A DNA stretch of 63,435 nucleotides, counting the filler, from Reclinomonas americana ATCC 50394 (taxonomy: Eukaryota), in NCBI GenBank assembly GCA_048213135.1. It is 11 parts of 10 records of this genome, joined end to end, with 100 filler letters (N's around TTAATTAATTAA, not from the genome) between each part and the next. Parts side by side here need not be neighbours in the genome. Positions count along the whole stretch, not along the records: positions 41,164 to 53,406 come from PS016052.1; positions 53,507 to 55,921 come from AFZH01016560.1; positions 56,022 to 58,878 come from AFZH01016561.1; positions 58,979 to 61,900 come from AFZH01016562.1; positions 62,001 to 63,435 come from AFZH01016564.1; 6 more parts are not named here. The stretch is one strand, 5' to 3'. Below are positions 50,801 through 63,435 of this stretch, in pieces; position 1 is the first letter of the stretch; each line of letters starts with the position of its first letter. Under the pieces are notes generated by a model, which did not search any database, was not told where the DNA came from, and saw nothing but the letters and a program-made list of their open reading frames with translations. The position numbers and the translations under genes were made by a program.

Positions 50801-53306
50801 CATGACTGGGGCGCCCCACACGATTCCCGGAGTGTACAACGACTGATACGCCTGCGCTGGCATGCTCATGCCTGGTGGAGGTTGTGCCGGCATCATTGTT
50901 GGTCGCGGTGGTGGTGTCATTCCGGCAGGCGGCAGCGACATGGGAGTCATGGCGGCAGTGGAGGCTGCGGATGAGGCGGGAGTGGCGGTGGGGTGGGCCG
51001 GTGGTGCTGCCAGGGGTTGGATCATGGTCGGCGGTCGGCGGAGGAGTTCAGCGCTGTGAAAGGGTGAGTACAATTAATAAAAATGCTGGACACAGAAGGC
51101 AGCAGAAGGAGAAGGAAGAGTGAAGAACAGAACGCAGCACCAGGTCGCGTTGAGTGAATTCTCAAGCGCAGCGCGCAGCGCATAAAAGTTTGAGAAGAGC
51201 AGAAGCAGCACGATGCCGAATGCAGCAAGCACGGTTCAACGACGAGCGCAGCAGGGAACTGGTAATGAACTCACAGGAGAAGAGCAACAGTAGAAAGAAA
51301 TCGAACACAACAAGCACACTTCAACAACAAGCGCAGCAGGGAACTGGCAAAGAACTCACAGGAGACGGGCAAAAGCAGAGACGTGCCGAGCAATACAAGA
51401 ACGATTCAACGATAGGCACGGCAGGGAACTGGTAACAAACTCACGGGAAAGGCAGAGGGATGCCGAGCAATACAAGAACGATAGGCACAGCAGGATACTC
51501 GCATGAACAGCTCCAGAGCGATGTCATAGCGACGCACGCAGAAGAGTAGATGGTGAATAATCAAGAGAACGACACTCGCAAACGCCATTGACCCGCAAAG
51601 AGAGAAGCACGGCAGGGAACTGGTAAAAAAACTCACGGGAAAGGCAGAGGGATGCCGAGCATTACAAGAACAGGATACTCGCATGAACAGCTCGTGAGCG
51701 ATGTCATACCGACGCACGCAGAAGAGTAGATGCTGAACAATCAAGAAATCGAAACTCGCAAATGCGATTGATCCGCAAAGAGAGAGGCACCGCAAAGAGA
51801 GAAGCACGGCAGGGAACTGGTAAAAAGCTCACGCGAGAAGAGCAGAAGAAGGGATGCCGAGCAATTCAAGATCGATTCAACGATAGGCACAGCAGGATAC
51901 TCGATGTCATAGCGACGCACACAGGAGAGTAGATGCTGAATAATCAAGAGAACGACACCCGCAAATGCCATTGACGCGCGAAGAAAAAAGCACATTCAAG
52001 ACCGCTCTTCTGCAACAATCCCCACTCACCGATCCCTGGCAAACAACTCCGACGTCGACGTGCGAAAGACACTCCCTCCATGACCACCACCTTCCCCTAC
52101 ACCTCCCAATCGAGAAGCACCGTGATAACTAGCCGGCGGCGTGACACTCGGCGTGGCGTGTGACGACATGTCGGAGAGCGCATACGAAATCTCAGAACTC
52201 ATCCACGACTGGTGCCCGCTGGAGGGTGTCACCGACACGGATGGCACCGCAGCAGCAGCAGCAGCGGGAGCCTGTGGCGTCTGCGACAGGAGCACCTGCA
52301 TGCGATCATACAGCTGCGAGGCGGCATTGTAAAAGGCCGAGTATTCCACAGGAGGAGGTGGCGGTGGTGGAGGAGGTGCGGGTGGTGGAGGAGGTGGAGG
52401 AGGTGGTGGCGGTGCCTGTTGTTGCTGTCGCTGCTTCTGCTGCTGCGCGGTCACTCGTGGTCGCTGCACAGGAGGCTCCACGAACAGCGGCAGTGGCGGT
52501 GCCGGCATGGGGTGGTCGCGGAGAACCGGAGCCGTGCTGGCTGGTCGCGAGGCAGAGGTGGCAGGCGCCGCCGCAGGCGGAGCAGGCGGAGGAGGAGGAG
52601 AGGCGGGTGACGGGCGGAGGTAGCGATCGAGGTTCTCGACCTGGTGAGAGCGGGGAGACACAGTGGTTGAGAGAGAGAGGGGTGGTGGTAGGGGAGAGAC
52701 AAGTCGTTTACCTCGGCAAACATGGGTTCTGTGGGTCTCGAGGGAGGTGGTGGAGCGCGAGTTGTGGTGCTCTTTCGCAGTGCAGGTGCTGCGGGTGCAC
52801 TTGGGGCGGAGGAGGAGGGTGCCAGGCGTATTCGACCGTGGCTGTGAGAGGGAGGGAGGGAAGAGAGAGAGGGAGGGTGAGGGGAAGTGGAAGGGCACGG
52901 AGAGGGGGAGAGGGTGAGGGAGGGGAGAGGGGGGATGAGAGAGTGAGAGAGAGTGAGTGTGTGAGTGAGGGAGTGAGTGAGAGAGAGAGTGAGGGAGTGA
53001 GTGAGGGTGTGGGGCTTGGAATGTGTGAGTGGCTGAGAGTGAATGTGTGTTTGTAGCGAGGGAGTATGTCAGAGAGGGAGAGAGGGCGAGTGGTGAGCAG
53101 GGGAGGAGAAGAGTGCGTGAGTGAGAGAGACAGAGAGAGACAGAGAGAGTGATTGAGTGGGAGAGAATAAGTGCATGTAAGAAGGATCACAGAGAGAGAG
53201 AGAGAGTCACGTTGCCTCCCCATCCTTTCTCCTTCTTTCGTACTCACCTCTCCTCAAAGTTGCGGATGTAACTCGACAACTCGGAGAGCGCCGTGCGACT
53301 GCTCAT
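44825..53306 (-). CDS. Large Pro/Ser/Ala-rich, largely disordered protein of unknown function, ~10 exons
   Basis: ATG at 53306 (MSSRTALSELSSYIRNFEE). Long GC-rich open exons at ~52030-52640, 50710-51053, 48040-49790, 46140-47200 and 44825-45291 have GT-AG borders. No recognisable domain; internal exon borders are approximate. Confidence 0.65.
51255..51985. repeat. Degenerate ~180-bp intronic tandem repeats
   Basis: GCAGGGAACTGGTAA...CTCACG and GATGTCATAGCGACGCAC...GAGTAGATG each recur 3-5 times. Confidence 0.75.
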
Positions 53307-53605
53307 CTCTCGCCTCCCACGTGAAGTAGGTGCACTCATTGCACACACTCACTCACTGTGTGAGAGAGAGAGAGACTGTTGCACTGTGGCGTGAGTGCGT
53401 GTATGTNNNNNNNNNNNNNNNNNNNNNNNNNNNNNNNNNNNNNNNNNNNNTTAATTAATTAANNNNNNNNNNNNNNNNNNNNNNNNNNNNNNNNNNNNNN
53501 NNNNNNCGTACGTACGTACGTACGTACGTACGTACGTACGTACGTACGTACGTACGTACGTACGTACGTACGTACGTACGTACGTACGTACGTACGTACG
53601 TCGTC

Positions 53606-53704
<99 letters not shown>

Positions 53705-54076
53705 AGTCTCACTCTCTGTAAATGCATCCCGATCTGGACCCTCATCCGCAATGCACGTCTCCCTCATCAGGAGACAGAGTGCAGAGCGAGAATGATTCAT
53801 AGGGGAGTACCAGTGCATGCAAAAGTCCATGTCTGTCACCCTCCTCAGAAAAAAATGCATCATTCATCCGCCTGTGCATAAAATGCAAGTCTCCCTCCTC
53901 AGGAAACAGAGTGCACAGAGACAATGATCATAGGAGAGTCCCATTGAGAATGCACGAGTCTGTCTCTCTCACACCCTCTCTCTTCCTCTCTCACTCTCTG
54001 AGCAACGCAAGCCTCACTTTTCGGGACAGGGTGATTCAAAAGAGAGCCCCGGTGCATGCACAACTCGCTATTCCTC

Positions 54077-54115
<39 letters not shown>

Positions 54116-54334
54116 CCTCCCTCGGAAAAATGCATTTTCATCCGCAACTCGACTATGATCAACGAGCACCAACTCCTCCTCATCACCAATCACACTCTGT
54201 CCAGCAGCCTCCAATGCAACACGTGCAATACGCAGCACTTCCTGTGAAGTCATTGGGAAAAACAAGAAAACACGCAAGGACAAATTCGTCCTTGTCCCAT
54301 TCCCCATTTTCCTATTCTCCGAGATCAGTGAGCC

Positions 54335-56024
54335 ATGGCCAGCGACTTTATTGCGTTCTCTGTGCGCGCCAACACGGATGAGGAAGTGGAGATCCCGCCG
54401 GGTTACATGCTGCAGCTGAGCAGTGCGGTGTTGGTCGGCGAGCCCCCATCCAAGGCCTCCACTGTGCGCGTCTCTGTCAGTGGAAAGGAGGGTGAGTGTG
54501 GGTGTGTGTGGTCACAGAGAGAGGCAGGGGAGAGAGGGCAGAGGGAGACAAGGAGATGAAAGTGCATGGTTTCATGCAACTTGTGTCTTTATGCGATTCA
54601 TGCTCTTCCTTGATAGCGAATGAGTGTTGCTTTTCTTCTCTGTCTTTCTCTCCTCTCCTTTCTCTCACTCTCTCTGTCGCATATAGGCAGGGAGAGGACA
54701 CAGAGAGTGAGAGGGAGATGAGAGTGCATGTTTTTCATGCAACTTGACACTTTCTTGTGACTGTCTGCTCTCCTTACTCTTCCTTGATTGTGAATGAGTG
54801 CTGCTTGTCCTCTCTCTGTGTGTCTCTCTCAAACACAGAGATGCAGGGGAAAGGCGGAGAGTAAGAAAGACAAGGGAGACAAAAGTGCATGGTTTTCATG
54901 CATCTTGAGTGTCTTCTGCTCTCCTCTCACGCACTCTCCGCACTTTTGGTGACAGTGAGCGTTGCTAGTCTCATGTGCACAGAGACAGAGTCAGAAAGAG
55001 AGAGAGAGTGAGAGACAAGAAGACAAAAAAGTGCAAGTTTCATGCAACACGAGTGACTCACTGTGTCTCTCCTCCCACTCTCTCCTCTCCTCCTCCTCCT
55101 CTCCTCTTCATTGTCTTGTGCGTGCGTCGTTGTTTTGTGTTTTTGTGTGTGTGAATGTCCGTGCATGTGTGGACATGTGCAGGTCCGTACTTTGTGCTGT
55201 GCACGCTGACGCCCAACCGCTGCGAGCAAGGTGAGTCACATCCCCTTTGTAGTGCATATGCGGGCTGCCGACCATGCACCCGTGCGAGTTTGTCGTGTTT
55301 GTCGTGTTTCTCATCATCGTCTGCTTGTGTTGTTCAGTTTCGCTCAACTCGGCCTTCCTGTCCGAAGACGACATTGTGTTCAAGGCCGATGGCGGCTCAG
55401 TGAACCTTGTGGGCACGATGGTCGATCAGCGGTATCCGTACGGCGATCTGGTCGATGACTATGCGGGCGAGGACGACGAGGGCATTGATCTGGAGGAGGA
55501 CAGCGAGGAGGAGGAGGAGGAGGATGAGGAGGATGACGATGACTTTGTCGTGAAGGCGGGTGAGGAGGATGACGATGATGATGACGAGGATGATGAGAGT
55601 GAGGAGGACGAGGCGAGCGACTCGGATGTTGCGTGGAGGGGCGATGATGGGGAACGGGGCAATGCGATTGGTGATTCACATTTGTGGCTGCAGAGCGAGG
55701 ACGATGAGGCAATGGTGCTGGCGGCGGAGGAGGCCATGCTAAAGGCCAAGTCGGCGGCGGAGGGTGCCAAGAAGGTGAGGCATAACAAAAGAGAGAGTGA
55801 GACGCGACCTTGCACCTGCCGTACTGCGGCGCTGGATGTCCTTTGTTTCCTTCCTGTTCTTGGATCTGTTGGTGCCTGAGTGCACCACATCCATCTTCAT
55901 CTGTCGGCGCGAGCCAACGAGNNNNNNNNNNNNNNNNNNNNNNNNNNNNNNNNNNNNNNNNNNNNTTAATTAATTAANNNNNNNNNNNNNNNNNNNNNNN
56001 NNNNNNNNNNNNNNNNNNNNNGTC

Positions 56025-56087
<63 letters not shown>

Positions 56088-57287
56088 GTTCTTTCTGTTT
56101 CTCCCTCTCTGTCTCTGTCTCTCTGTTCTTTCTCTCTGTTCTTTCTCTCTCTCTGTGCTCTCTCTCTCTCTTTCTTGCGCCTTCCTTTGTCTTATCGTCG
56201 CTTGTCATTCACGCAGGAGGAGGGCGGTGAGGAGGAGGAGGAGTACTCGGACGACGAGGAGGGCGAAGGTCTCTGTGTTCTCTCGAAATAGTGCGAAACG
56301 ATTGACTACGATGCTCACGCCGTTCCGCAGAGGAAATGGAGGCCAGCGACTCCGAGTCGGATGAGGATTCGGGCAAGGTCGACTCCAAGGCTCTCGGCAA
56401 GGCCATTCGCGAGACCATTTTGCAACGCAAGCGTCAACGCGGTGCGTAATCACACAGAACTCTCGAGTGCCATTGCATTGCGTGTGTGTGCTCAATCGCG
56501 CTCGTGTGCACAGAGGGTGACGACAGCGAGGATGAGCCTGCGACCAAGACGCAGAAGACGCAGTTGCGTAACCTCTACATGTGCTCAACCTGCAATCGTG
56601 TCACTCATTTTCGCGAGCAGGAAGGTGGCGGAGCGTCAGGAAAAGGTGAAGGAGGCGGTGCAAAAGAAGCAGCAGGAGCAGCAGAAGAAGCCACAGCAGC
56701 AGCAGCAGCAGCAGCCTGAGAAGAAGCAGCAACAGCCGGAGAAGAAGCAGGAGAAGAAGCAGGAGAAGAAGCAAGCGGAAGCAAAGCAGCCGGAGAAGAA
56801 GGCCGCCGCTCCCGCCAAGCGGACACTGAAGGCCGGTGTGGTGGCCGAGGATCTGGCAGTCGGCCAGGGCCCCGTGGCCAGCAAGGGCAAGATGATCGAG
56901 GTCAAGTACCGCGGTTTCCTGAAGAACGGTCAAATGTTTGACTCGAGCGGACGCTTCCCGTTCAAGCTTGGTGAGTACGGGATGTGGAAGGGAGACGGAG
57001 AGGAGAGGGCGAGTTCTCAATATTTTCGTGCAGGTGCCGGCGCTGTCATCCAGGGCTGGGACATTGGTGTCGAGGGCATGATGGTCGGCGGCAAGCGCAA
57101 GTTGACGATTCCGGCGGCGGCTGCGTTGCGTCCTTATATTTTGGATATCTGCTTTGTTACAGTCAGGGGTGGTGGCCGCTTACACCTCCCTTTTGTTGCA
57201 CACAGCTACGGTCGCTCTGGTGCGCCACCGGCAATCCCGCCGAATGCCGAGCTCACCTTTGAGGTGGAGTTGTTGAAGGTGCGCTGA
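54335..57287 (+). CDS. Nucleoplasmin-like FKBP histone chaperone / PPIase (Fpr3/Fpr4/FKBP39 type)
   Basis: NPL core (MLQLSSAVL, FVLCTLTPNRCEQVSLN, IVFKADGGSVNLVG), long D/E tracts, a K-rich linker and a C-terminal FKBP domain EDLAVGQG...YRGFLKNGQMFDS...VIQGWDIG...GGKRKLTIP...YG...IPPNAELTFEVELL. Confidence 0.93.
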
Positions 57288-57606
57288 GGTGGTGCCGGCG
57301 TGGACAAGTAGGAGTGTTAGGGGGAATGGCAATGAAGGGAATAGTTGGGGAGGCAAAGGGAAAGGGATGAAAGGGGAAGGGGGGTGAAGGGGGATGAAGG
57401 TGACGGAGAAGGCAGAAGGGAGATGAAGACTGATATGTTTGAGAGTTCTTGTGCGATTTGCGGACATTCATCTCTCGTTCCGAGGGTCGGCCACGAATCA
57501 AGCGTCGGCGAGAGAATTAAGGACCTCACCACCGGTCCATGGCAAAAACAATGCCGACGTTCGCCTGCAGGACTGCATGACAACGACCCCCCACTCAATC
57601 TCAACA

Positions 57607-60397
57607 ATGCGCACGCTCTTGTTGCTGCTGCTTGTGCTGCTCGCACTGTCCCTCTCCACGGGCGTCAGCGCACAGTCCACTCACCACATTGCCTCTGTGC
57701 ATTACAATGCCTCCACAAAGACGTGACTAACACACACAAATTTCCCCCGACCTCGTGCTCTCACACTCACTCTCTCTCACACATAACAGGTACTCTCTGG
57801 TGTGGGACTCGACGGACAGCGACGCTGCGGCCACTGGAAGTTCTTTCTCTTTTCTTGTCTGGTGATGTTGTGCACAAAGAATCAAGTGTCACTGACTGGC
57901 AAAATATCAACAAACAGTCTATTATGATCGTATTGGAACGACTGGATGGACCGAGTTGCATGTCGCCACTAACTTTGCGTTTCCGGACGCCGTGCAAGGT
58001 CTCTTTTTTGTATATTGATTGCTTGCCGGCTGTATTGTGTGTAATCATTCTCCGCGGCATGACTGCGCAGCGTACGCGGCGGGATACGTGGAGGGAGCGC
58101 TGACTGCGGAGTTTCGTTGCCTATCTCTTGTCTTCTAGTCTCTCATTGATTGTCTGGTGGGAGACAGCTTCCTTGTCTGCTTGTCAGTCTCCTTCACTTC
58201 TCTCTCTGCCTCCCTCACTCGGTCACAACCATGGTCCGATTCCGCCACTTTCACCTCTCTGTCTTCCTCCTCTCAGTCTTCTTCCCACTCTCAGACTTCT
58301 CTCACACGTGCCCCCACTCGTCTCTACTGCCTCCACACTCCTCTCTCCTTCTCCGTCGTTACAATCGTGACCGTCGTTTGCAGCTCGTTCTTCACCTCCT
58401 CGTGCCGCTCTCGTTCTCAGTTTGCTCCCCTCGCCTGTCTCTATTCATTCACTCCCAACTCCTTCCCTTCACGATCAATCCCTCCGCTCGCTCCTGCTCT
58501 CCATTCCCACTCGCTGTCGTCATCTGCACTTCTTCGACTTATTTCCCCCTTCCTCCTCATCCCCTCGTTCTCCACCAGCCTGATTTACAACCACCACTTG
58601 AACCTCGTGGCCTCGGTGTATCCGTTCAAGAACGGAGTGGTGCCGCCGGCCGCCGCCAAGTTCTTGGCGGATCAGGAGCAGTGGGCGGTGTCGCAGGCGG
58701 CCAAGTTTGGGGCGAGCAGCGATTACTGGTATCATGCGGGATTGGTGATGCAGCAGGCGTTTGGTCTGCGTGATGGATATGATGCGGTGCAAACGCCGGA
58801 TAAGGTGGGTGGGGGAAAGGAAAAGAGGGGAAGGAGGGGAGAAGGGGGAACAGAGGATGTAGGGAGATATGAGGTGGTNNNNNNNNNNNNNNNNNNNNNN
58901 NNNNNNNNNNNNNNNNNNNNNNTTAATTAATTAANNNNNNNNNNNNNNNNNNNNNNNNNNNNNNNNNNNNNNNNNNNNCGTTCCTTCTCTCGCTGTGCTC
59001 GCTTCTCTCTCGCTGTGCTCGTTCCTTCTCTCGCTGTGCTCGTTCCTTCTCTCTCTGTGCTCGTTTCTCTCTCGCTGTGCTCGCTTCTCTCTCGCTGTGC
59101 TCGGTTCTCTCGCTGTGCTCGGTTCTCTCTCGCTGTGCTCGGTTCTCTCTCGCTGTGCTCGGTTCTCTCTCGCTGTGCTCGGTTCTCTCTCGCTGTGCTC
59201 GGTTCTCTCTCGCTGTGCTCGCTTCTCTCTCGCTGTGCTCGGTTCTCTCTCGCTGTGCTCGCTTCTCTCTCGCTGTGCTCGCTTCTCTCTCGCTGTGCTC
59301 GCTTCTCTCTCGCTGTGCTCCCCTTTCCTGATCGCTGTGCTCGTTCCTTCTCTCACTGTGCTCGGTTCTCTCGCTGTGCTCCCCTTTCCTGATCGCTCTG
59401 CTCCCCTTTCTCTCTGTCTCAACTCTCTCTCACCCTGTCTCCCTCTTTTCCTTCTCGCAGCGACTCACCATGGACCAGTACCGCTCGATCACGGGTCTGG
59501 CTGACTTGTTCGACATTCTGCCGGCGGTGGACCCCACCATGCGTCCCAAGTTGCGCCTCAAGATTCCCATGCGCCATGATCTTTGCTTCGTTGACTCACC
59601 GCCGCACGCAGCTTCCACAAGATGGACGAGGACACTCTGCTGTCGTACATCAACCGCAACTCGCACTGCTCGTCCTTGGTGCGCGTCACACCGGCACTCG
59701 ATGAGCTGTTTGCCGGCCACGCCACGTGGTTTGACTATGCCACCATGTTGCGTCCCTACTGCAGCCTGCTGTTCGCAGCGAAAGTCTCACATTCCTGCAG
59801 GAGCCGCGTGTACAAGCACTTCAACTTTGAGTTCCAGCACACGTCGTTTGCCAATCGTCGCACTTCATTTTCGTCATTCCCTGGTACGCACGCGTGTTCT
59901 TGTTGGCGACATTATTCTTCCCTGCTTGCTGACTTGCGCGTTCTCGCCAGCCACCATCTCCTCCACCGACGACTATTACGTCAATCACGACACGAAGCTG
60001 GTGGTGATGGAGACGACGTTGAGTGTGACGCCTTCCTTGCGCACTAACAGAGTACCCACTGACCGTGCGTCCGCGCAGCAACGACGTGTTCAACACGACC
60101 CTGTACCAGTATGTCGTGCCGCAGACGCTGCTCTCGTGGCAGCGTGCCGTGATTGCCAATCGATTGTCGCACGGTGGCGCCGAGTGGACACAGACGTTTG
60201 CGGAGAACAACAGCGGGACGTACAACTGCCAGTGTTGCGTGGACAGAAGGGAAGGGGCGGGGAGAGATATTTGAGGCAAGAGAGAAAGAGAGATATCTAA
60301 GTGGCAAGAGGGAAAGAGAGGGTTAGTGGACGAGAGAAGTTGAGCAAAATAGAGAGAAAGAGAGAAAGAGAGAAAGAAAGGAAGAAAGCCAGTAAGC

Positions 60398-60440
<43 letters not shown>

Positions 60441-61467
60441 AGTAAGGAAAGCAAGGGAGAAAGAATGAAAGAAAGAAAGAAAGGATGAGAGAAAGAGAGG
60501 ATGAGAGAAAGAGAGGAAGAAAGAAAGAAAGAAAGGGAAACAGAGAAAGAAAGAAGAGAGAAAGGGAAGAAACAGAGAAAGAGGGACAAAGATGAGGGAG
60601 TTGCCCGATGATTTGAATCCTTATCTTTTCTCTCTCTCTCACTCTCTCGTTGCCTCTTTCGCAGGGATCGTGGTCGACTACTCCAAGTTCACCCCCGGCT
60701 CCGACCTGCAGCCCAACACTCTGTGGATTCTCGAGCAGATTCCCGGCTACGTGGAGTCGGCCGACAAGACGGATCAGCTGTACTTTGGTTATTGGTACGA
60801 TTGTCTCCCCTTCCATCTCTCTCCTTTCCTTGCCTCTCTCTGCTGATCATCTCCTCTTCCTTGCGCAGGCCGTCGTACAATGTTGCGTGCCGTCATTGGC
60901 TTGTTTGACAAGAGTGTGTTGTCTCACAGCCGAATGTACAGGTGCCTTACTTCCCGCGCGTTTTCAACGAGAGCGGATACCCCGAGTTTGTCAAGAAGGT
61001 GTGTGCGATTGATACCCTTGTTGACTGCGATATCTCGCAATTCAAACGTGGCTCTTGCATACAGTACGGCGATCAATTCACGTACGGCAACTGGTAAGTC
61101 GTAAAGTGGCGTCCACAGACTTGTTCAATGGCTCATGTCGTGGCGATTCCACAGCCCTCGTGCCAAGATCTTCCGCCAGCAGGCTGCCAGCGTGCAGGAC
61201 ACTGAATCGATGAAGGCATTCATGCGGTTCGTTGACTGGCTGGCGCCTGGTTGTTACAAGTTGCTCATCGTTCTCGTTCTTGTTGCAGCTGGAACGAGTA
61301 CGAGACCGACCCGATTTGCCAACACAACCCAGGTTTGTTGTCGACTATTGTGTGCGCCTCACACTTGAGTTAACTCACGCGATTTCACAGCTGCGGCTGT
61401 CGCCTCGCGTATCGATCTCCGCGCCAATGTCACCGACCGGTTCGCTGCTGGAGCCATTGACGCCAAG
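57607..61467 (+). CDS. Phospholipase B-like (PLBD1/2 family Ntn hydrolase) with signal peptide; ~17 visible exons; 3' end missing
   Basis: Signal peptide MRTLLLLLLVLLALSLSTGVSA, TGWTELHV, AYAAGYVEG, SHCSSLVRV (nucleophile Cys), GHATW, FSSFP...SSTDDYY, METTN, NSGTYNCQW, LEQIPG, YWPSYNVPYF, PRAKIF, SRIDL and GAIDAK, then a donor at 61468. The remaining exons are not visible after the gap. Confidence 0.93.
58980..59410. repeat. 20-bp minisatellite (CTCGCTGTGCTCGGTTCTCT)n, intronic
   Basis: Roughly 20 tandem copies. Confidence 0.9.
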
Positions 61468-61529
61468 GTAAGACAGACGGAGAAGGCGGGATCCACAAGA
61501 TTGGATATTTGTTGTGTGCATTGCCTTTT

Positions 61530-61900
61530 GCTCTTGCACGGCGTGCTCCACTTATTGCTCTGCCCGTTGTGCGTCGCCTGTTGCTCTGCACGTTGTGCGT
61601 CGCCTGTTGCTCTGGCACGGTGTGCACCACTTGTTGCTCTGCACGGCGTGCTCCGCCTGTTGCTCTGCACGGCGTGCTCCGCCTGTTGCTCTGCACGGCG
61701 TGCTCCGCCTGTTGCTCTGCACGGCGTGCTCCGCCTGTTGCTCTGCACGGTGTGCACCACTTGTTGCTCTGCACGGCGTGCTCCGCTTGTTGCTCTGCAC
61801 GGCGTGCTCCGCCTGTTGCTCTGCACGGCGTGCTCCGCCTGTTGCTCTGCGCGGCGTGCTCCGCTTGTTGCTCTGGCACGGTGTGCACCACTTGTTGCTC
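61530..61900. repeat. 26-bp minisatellite (GCACGGCGTGCTCCGCCTGTTGCTCT)n, intronic, running into a gap
   Basis: Roughly 14 tandem copies with two variant unit types. Confidence 0.9.
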
Positions 61901-62036
61901 NNNNNNNNNNNNNNNNNNNNNNNNNNNNNNNNNNNNNNNNNNNNTTAATTAATTAANNNNNNNNNNNNNNNNNNNNNNNNNNNNNNNNNNNNNNNNNNNN
62001 CTCGCTGCGTCGTCGTCGTCGTCGTCGTCGTCGTAC

Positions 62037-62092
<56 letters not shown>

Positions 62093-62479
62093 GTGTGTGT
62101 GTAAGAGAGAGACGCACTGCTTTCTTCCGGGTTGCGCGCGAAAACTTGGTGGGCCTTGGTGACGTCATGTTCGCGTGCGGGACATGCGTGTTTTCGGAGT
62201 GTTGCATGCTGAATCGCACCTGGCCTCGTAAAGAAGAAGTACTCACAGATGAGTGCCTTTGACTTTCTTGTGCAGAGACTGCGGCATCTGCTTTATACTG
62301 CAATTGTCGATAAATTTTCCGAACACGACAGCAGCTTGTACTTCTGCTTGTTGCTCTCGCCCGCGCGCATGCGTATGACGAGGTAAGAGAGCTGCACACT
62401 GCTGTCTTTGTTTTGAGGTCAACCACAGACACACCAGCAAGAGGCATTTCGATTCTTCGCTCCTTCGACGTCGACGTCG

Positions 62480-62870
62480 CGAGGTCTCAGTTTCTGCGTA
62501 CTCACTCAGGATGGCTATCACCATACTGCTGTGTCGCTACCTGAATTAGCAAAGTCGTTGATGCTTGTTACTGTTGTCTGGCTTCTCTGCAAAAACCTCA
62601 GGCTCGACATTAAATTTCGACTTTTGCTCGTGTGTCTGTGAGGGTCTCAGTTTCTGCGTGCTCACGCAGGATAGTGATCGCAATGCAGCTGTGTCGCTGT
62701 TTGAATTAGCACAGTTGTTGCTGTTGCCTGGTTTCTCTGCAAAAACGCCAGGGTAGATTTTCCGACTTTTCTCGTAATACGTTTGTGAGAGTCTCTGTTT
62801 CTCATGCTCACCCAGGATAGTGATCGCAATGCAGCTGTGTTGCTGGTCGAATTAGCAAAGTTGCTTTTCT
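62480..62870. repeat. ~155-bp degenerate tandem repeat (3 copies)
   Basis: GTCTC(A/T)GTTTCT...CTCAC.CAGGAT...GCTGTGT...GAATTAGCA recurs at ~62484, 62644 and 62791. Confidence 0.75.
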
Positions 62871-63384
62871 TTGTTGCCGTGAGACTTGTATATATTGGCA
62901 CGAATATCGAAATTGAAGTTTCTTGTTTTGTGTCCGCCTGTGTTGCCAGTTCGCCTCTTCTCCCCCGCTGCTCTGCCTTGCTAATGTACGTGATGCATAT
63001 CTCTTCGCCTCTGAGCGCCACACTCACAAAACACAAAGAGAAGGCGATCGAACACGCATGAATCGAAATTGCATTGTGCGTGTTTCTTCTTTTTAGTGTC
63101 TCTCTCTCTGTGTGAGTGTGAGAGAGTGAGAGGATGAGAGAAGAGGGAGAGCATCTGCGTCGCCGCCGCCATCGCGGTGTCACATTTGAGGAGAACGAGG
63201 TTCAGGCAGAAGAACACGAAAAGGTGAGAGTGTTTGCCTCGTGCTCCCACTGTCATTCACACACACTCATTCACACACACACACACACTCATTCACTCTC
63301 ACACTCTCTCACACAAACTCACTCACTGCATTTCCCGCATCTCTTGCACTCACTCTTCTGTCTTTCTCCCTTTCTCTCTCTCTC

Positions 63385-63435
<51 letters not shown>

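Noticed and set aside
53507..53606. (TACG)n array, and similar ACGT-rich tails at 34210-34309, 40965-41063 and 62001-62040
   Set aside because: They occur only at contig ends after microsatellites and match the TACG pyrosequencing flow order, so they are most likely read-end noise rather than telomere or satellite sequence.

Overview
This is a eukaryotic, intron-rich scaffold, probably from a protist (lineage not determinable here). It was stitched from contigs with N44-TTAATTAATTAA-N44 linkers and shows 454-like noise at contig ends. Most ORF-track entries are artefacts of GA/CT, CA and GAA microsatellites. Manual GT-AG splicing gives about 12 genes with very short intergenic spacers: the 3' part of a WD40 protein (+), a divergent PTH2 (+), a puromycin-sensitive M1 aminopeptidase (-), an ISWI remodeller (+), an Old Yellow Enzyme (-), a ~99-aa GIY-YIG-like protein (+), a BTB-His-rich-LRR protein (-), an ankyrin-coiled coil-HEPN-kinase protein (+), OTU1/YOD1 (+), a large Pro-rich disordered protein (-), a nucleoplasmin-FKBP (+) and a 3'-truncated phospholipase B-like protein (+). 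Five observations stand out. (1) The ANK-HEPN(RHxxxH)-kinase protein combines the RNase L toolkit in a new domain order. (2) About one in five inferred splice donors are +1-shifted GTTGCGT-type sites lacking the exonic -1 G. (3) An RRM-like domain is inserted in ISWI between the ATPase and HAND domains. (4) The small protein looks like a circularly permuted GIY-YIG nuclease. (5) Many long introns have G-rich 5' arms and C-rich 3' arms. All gene models and domain calls are by eye, without searches or RNA data.
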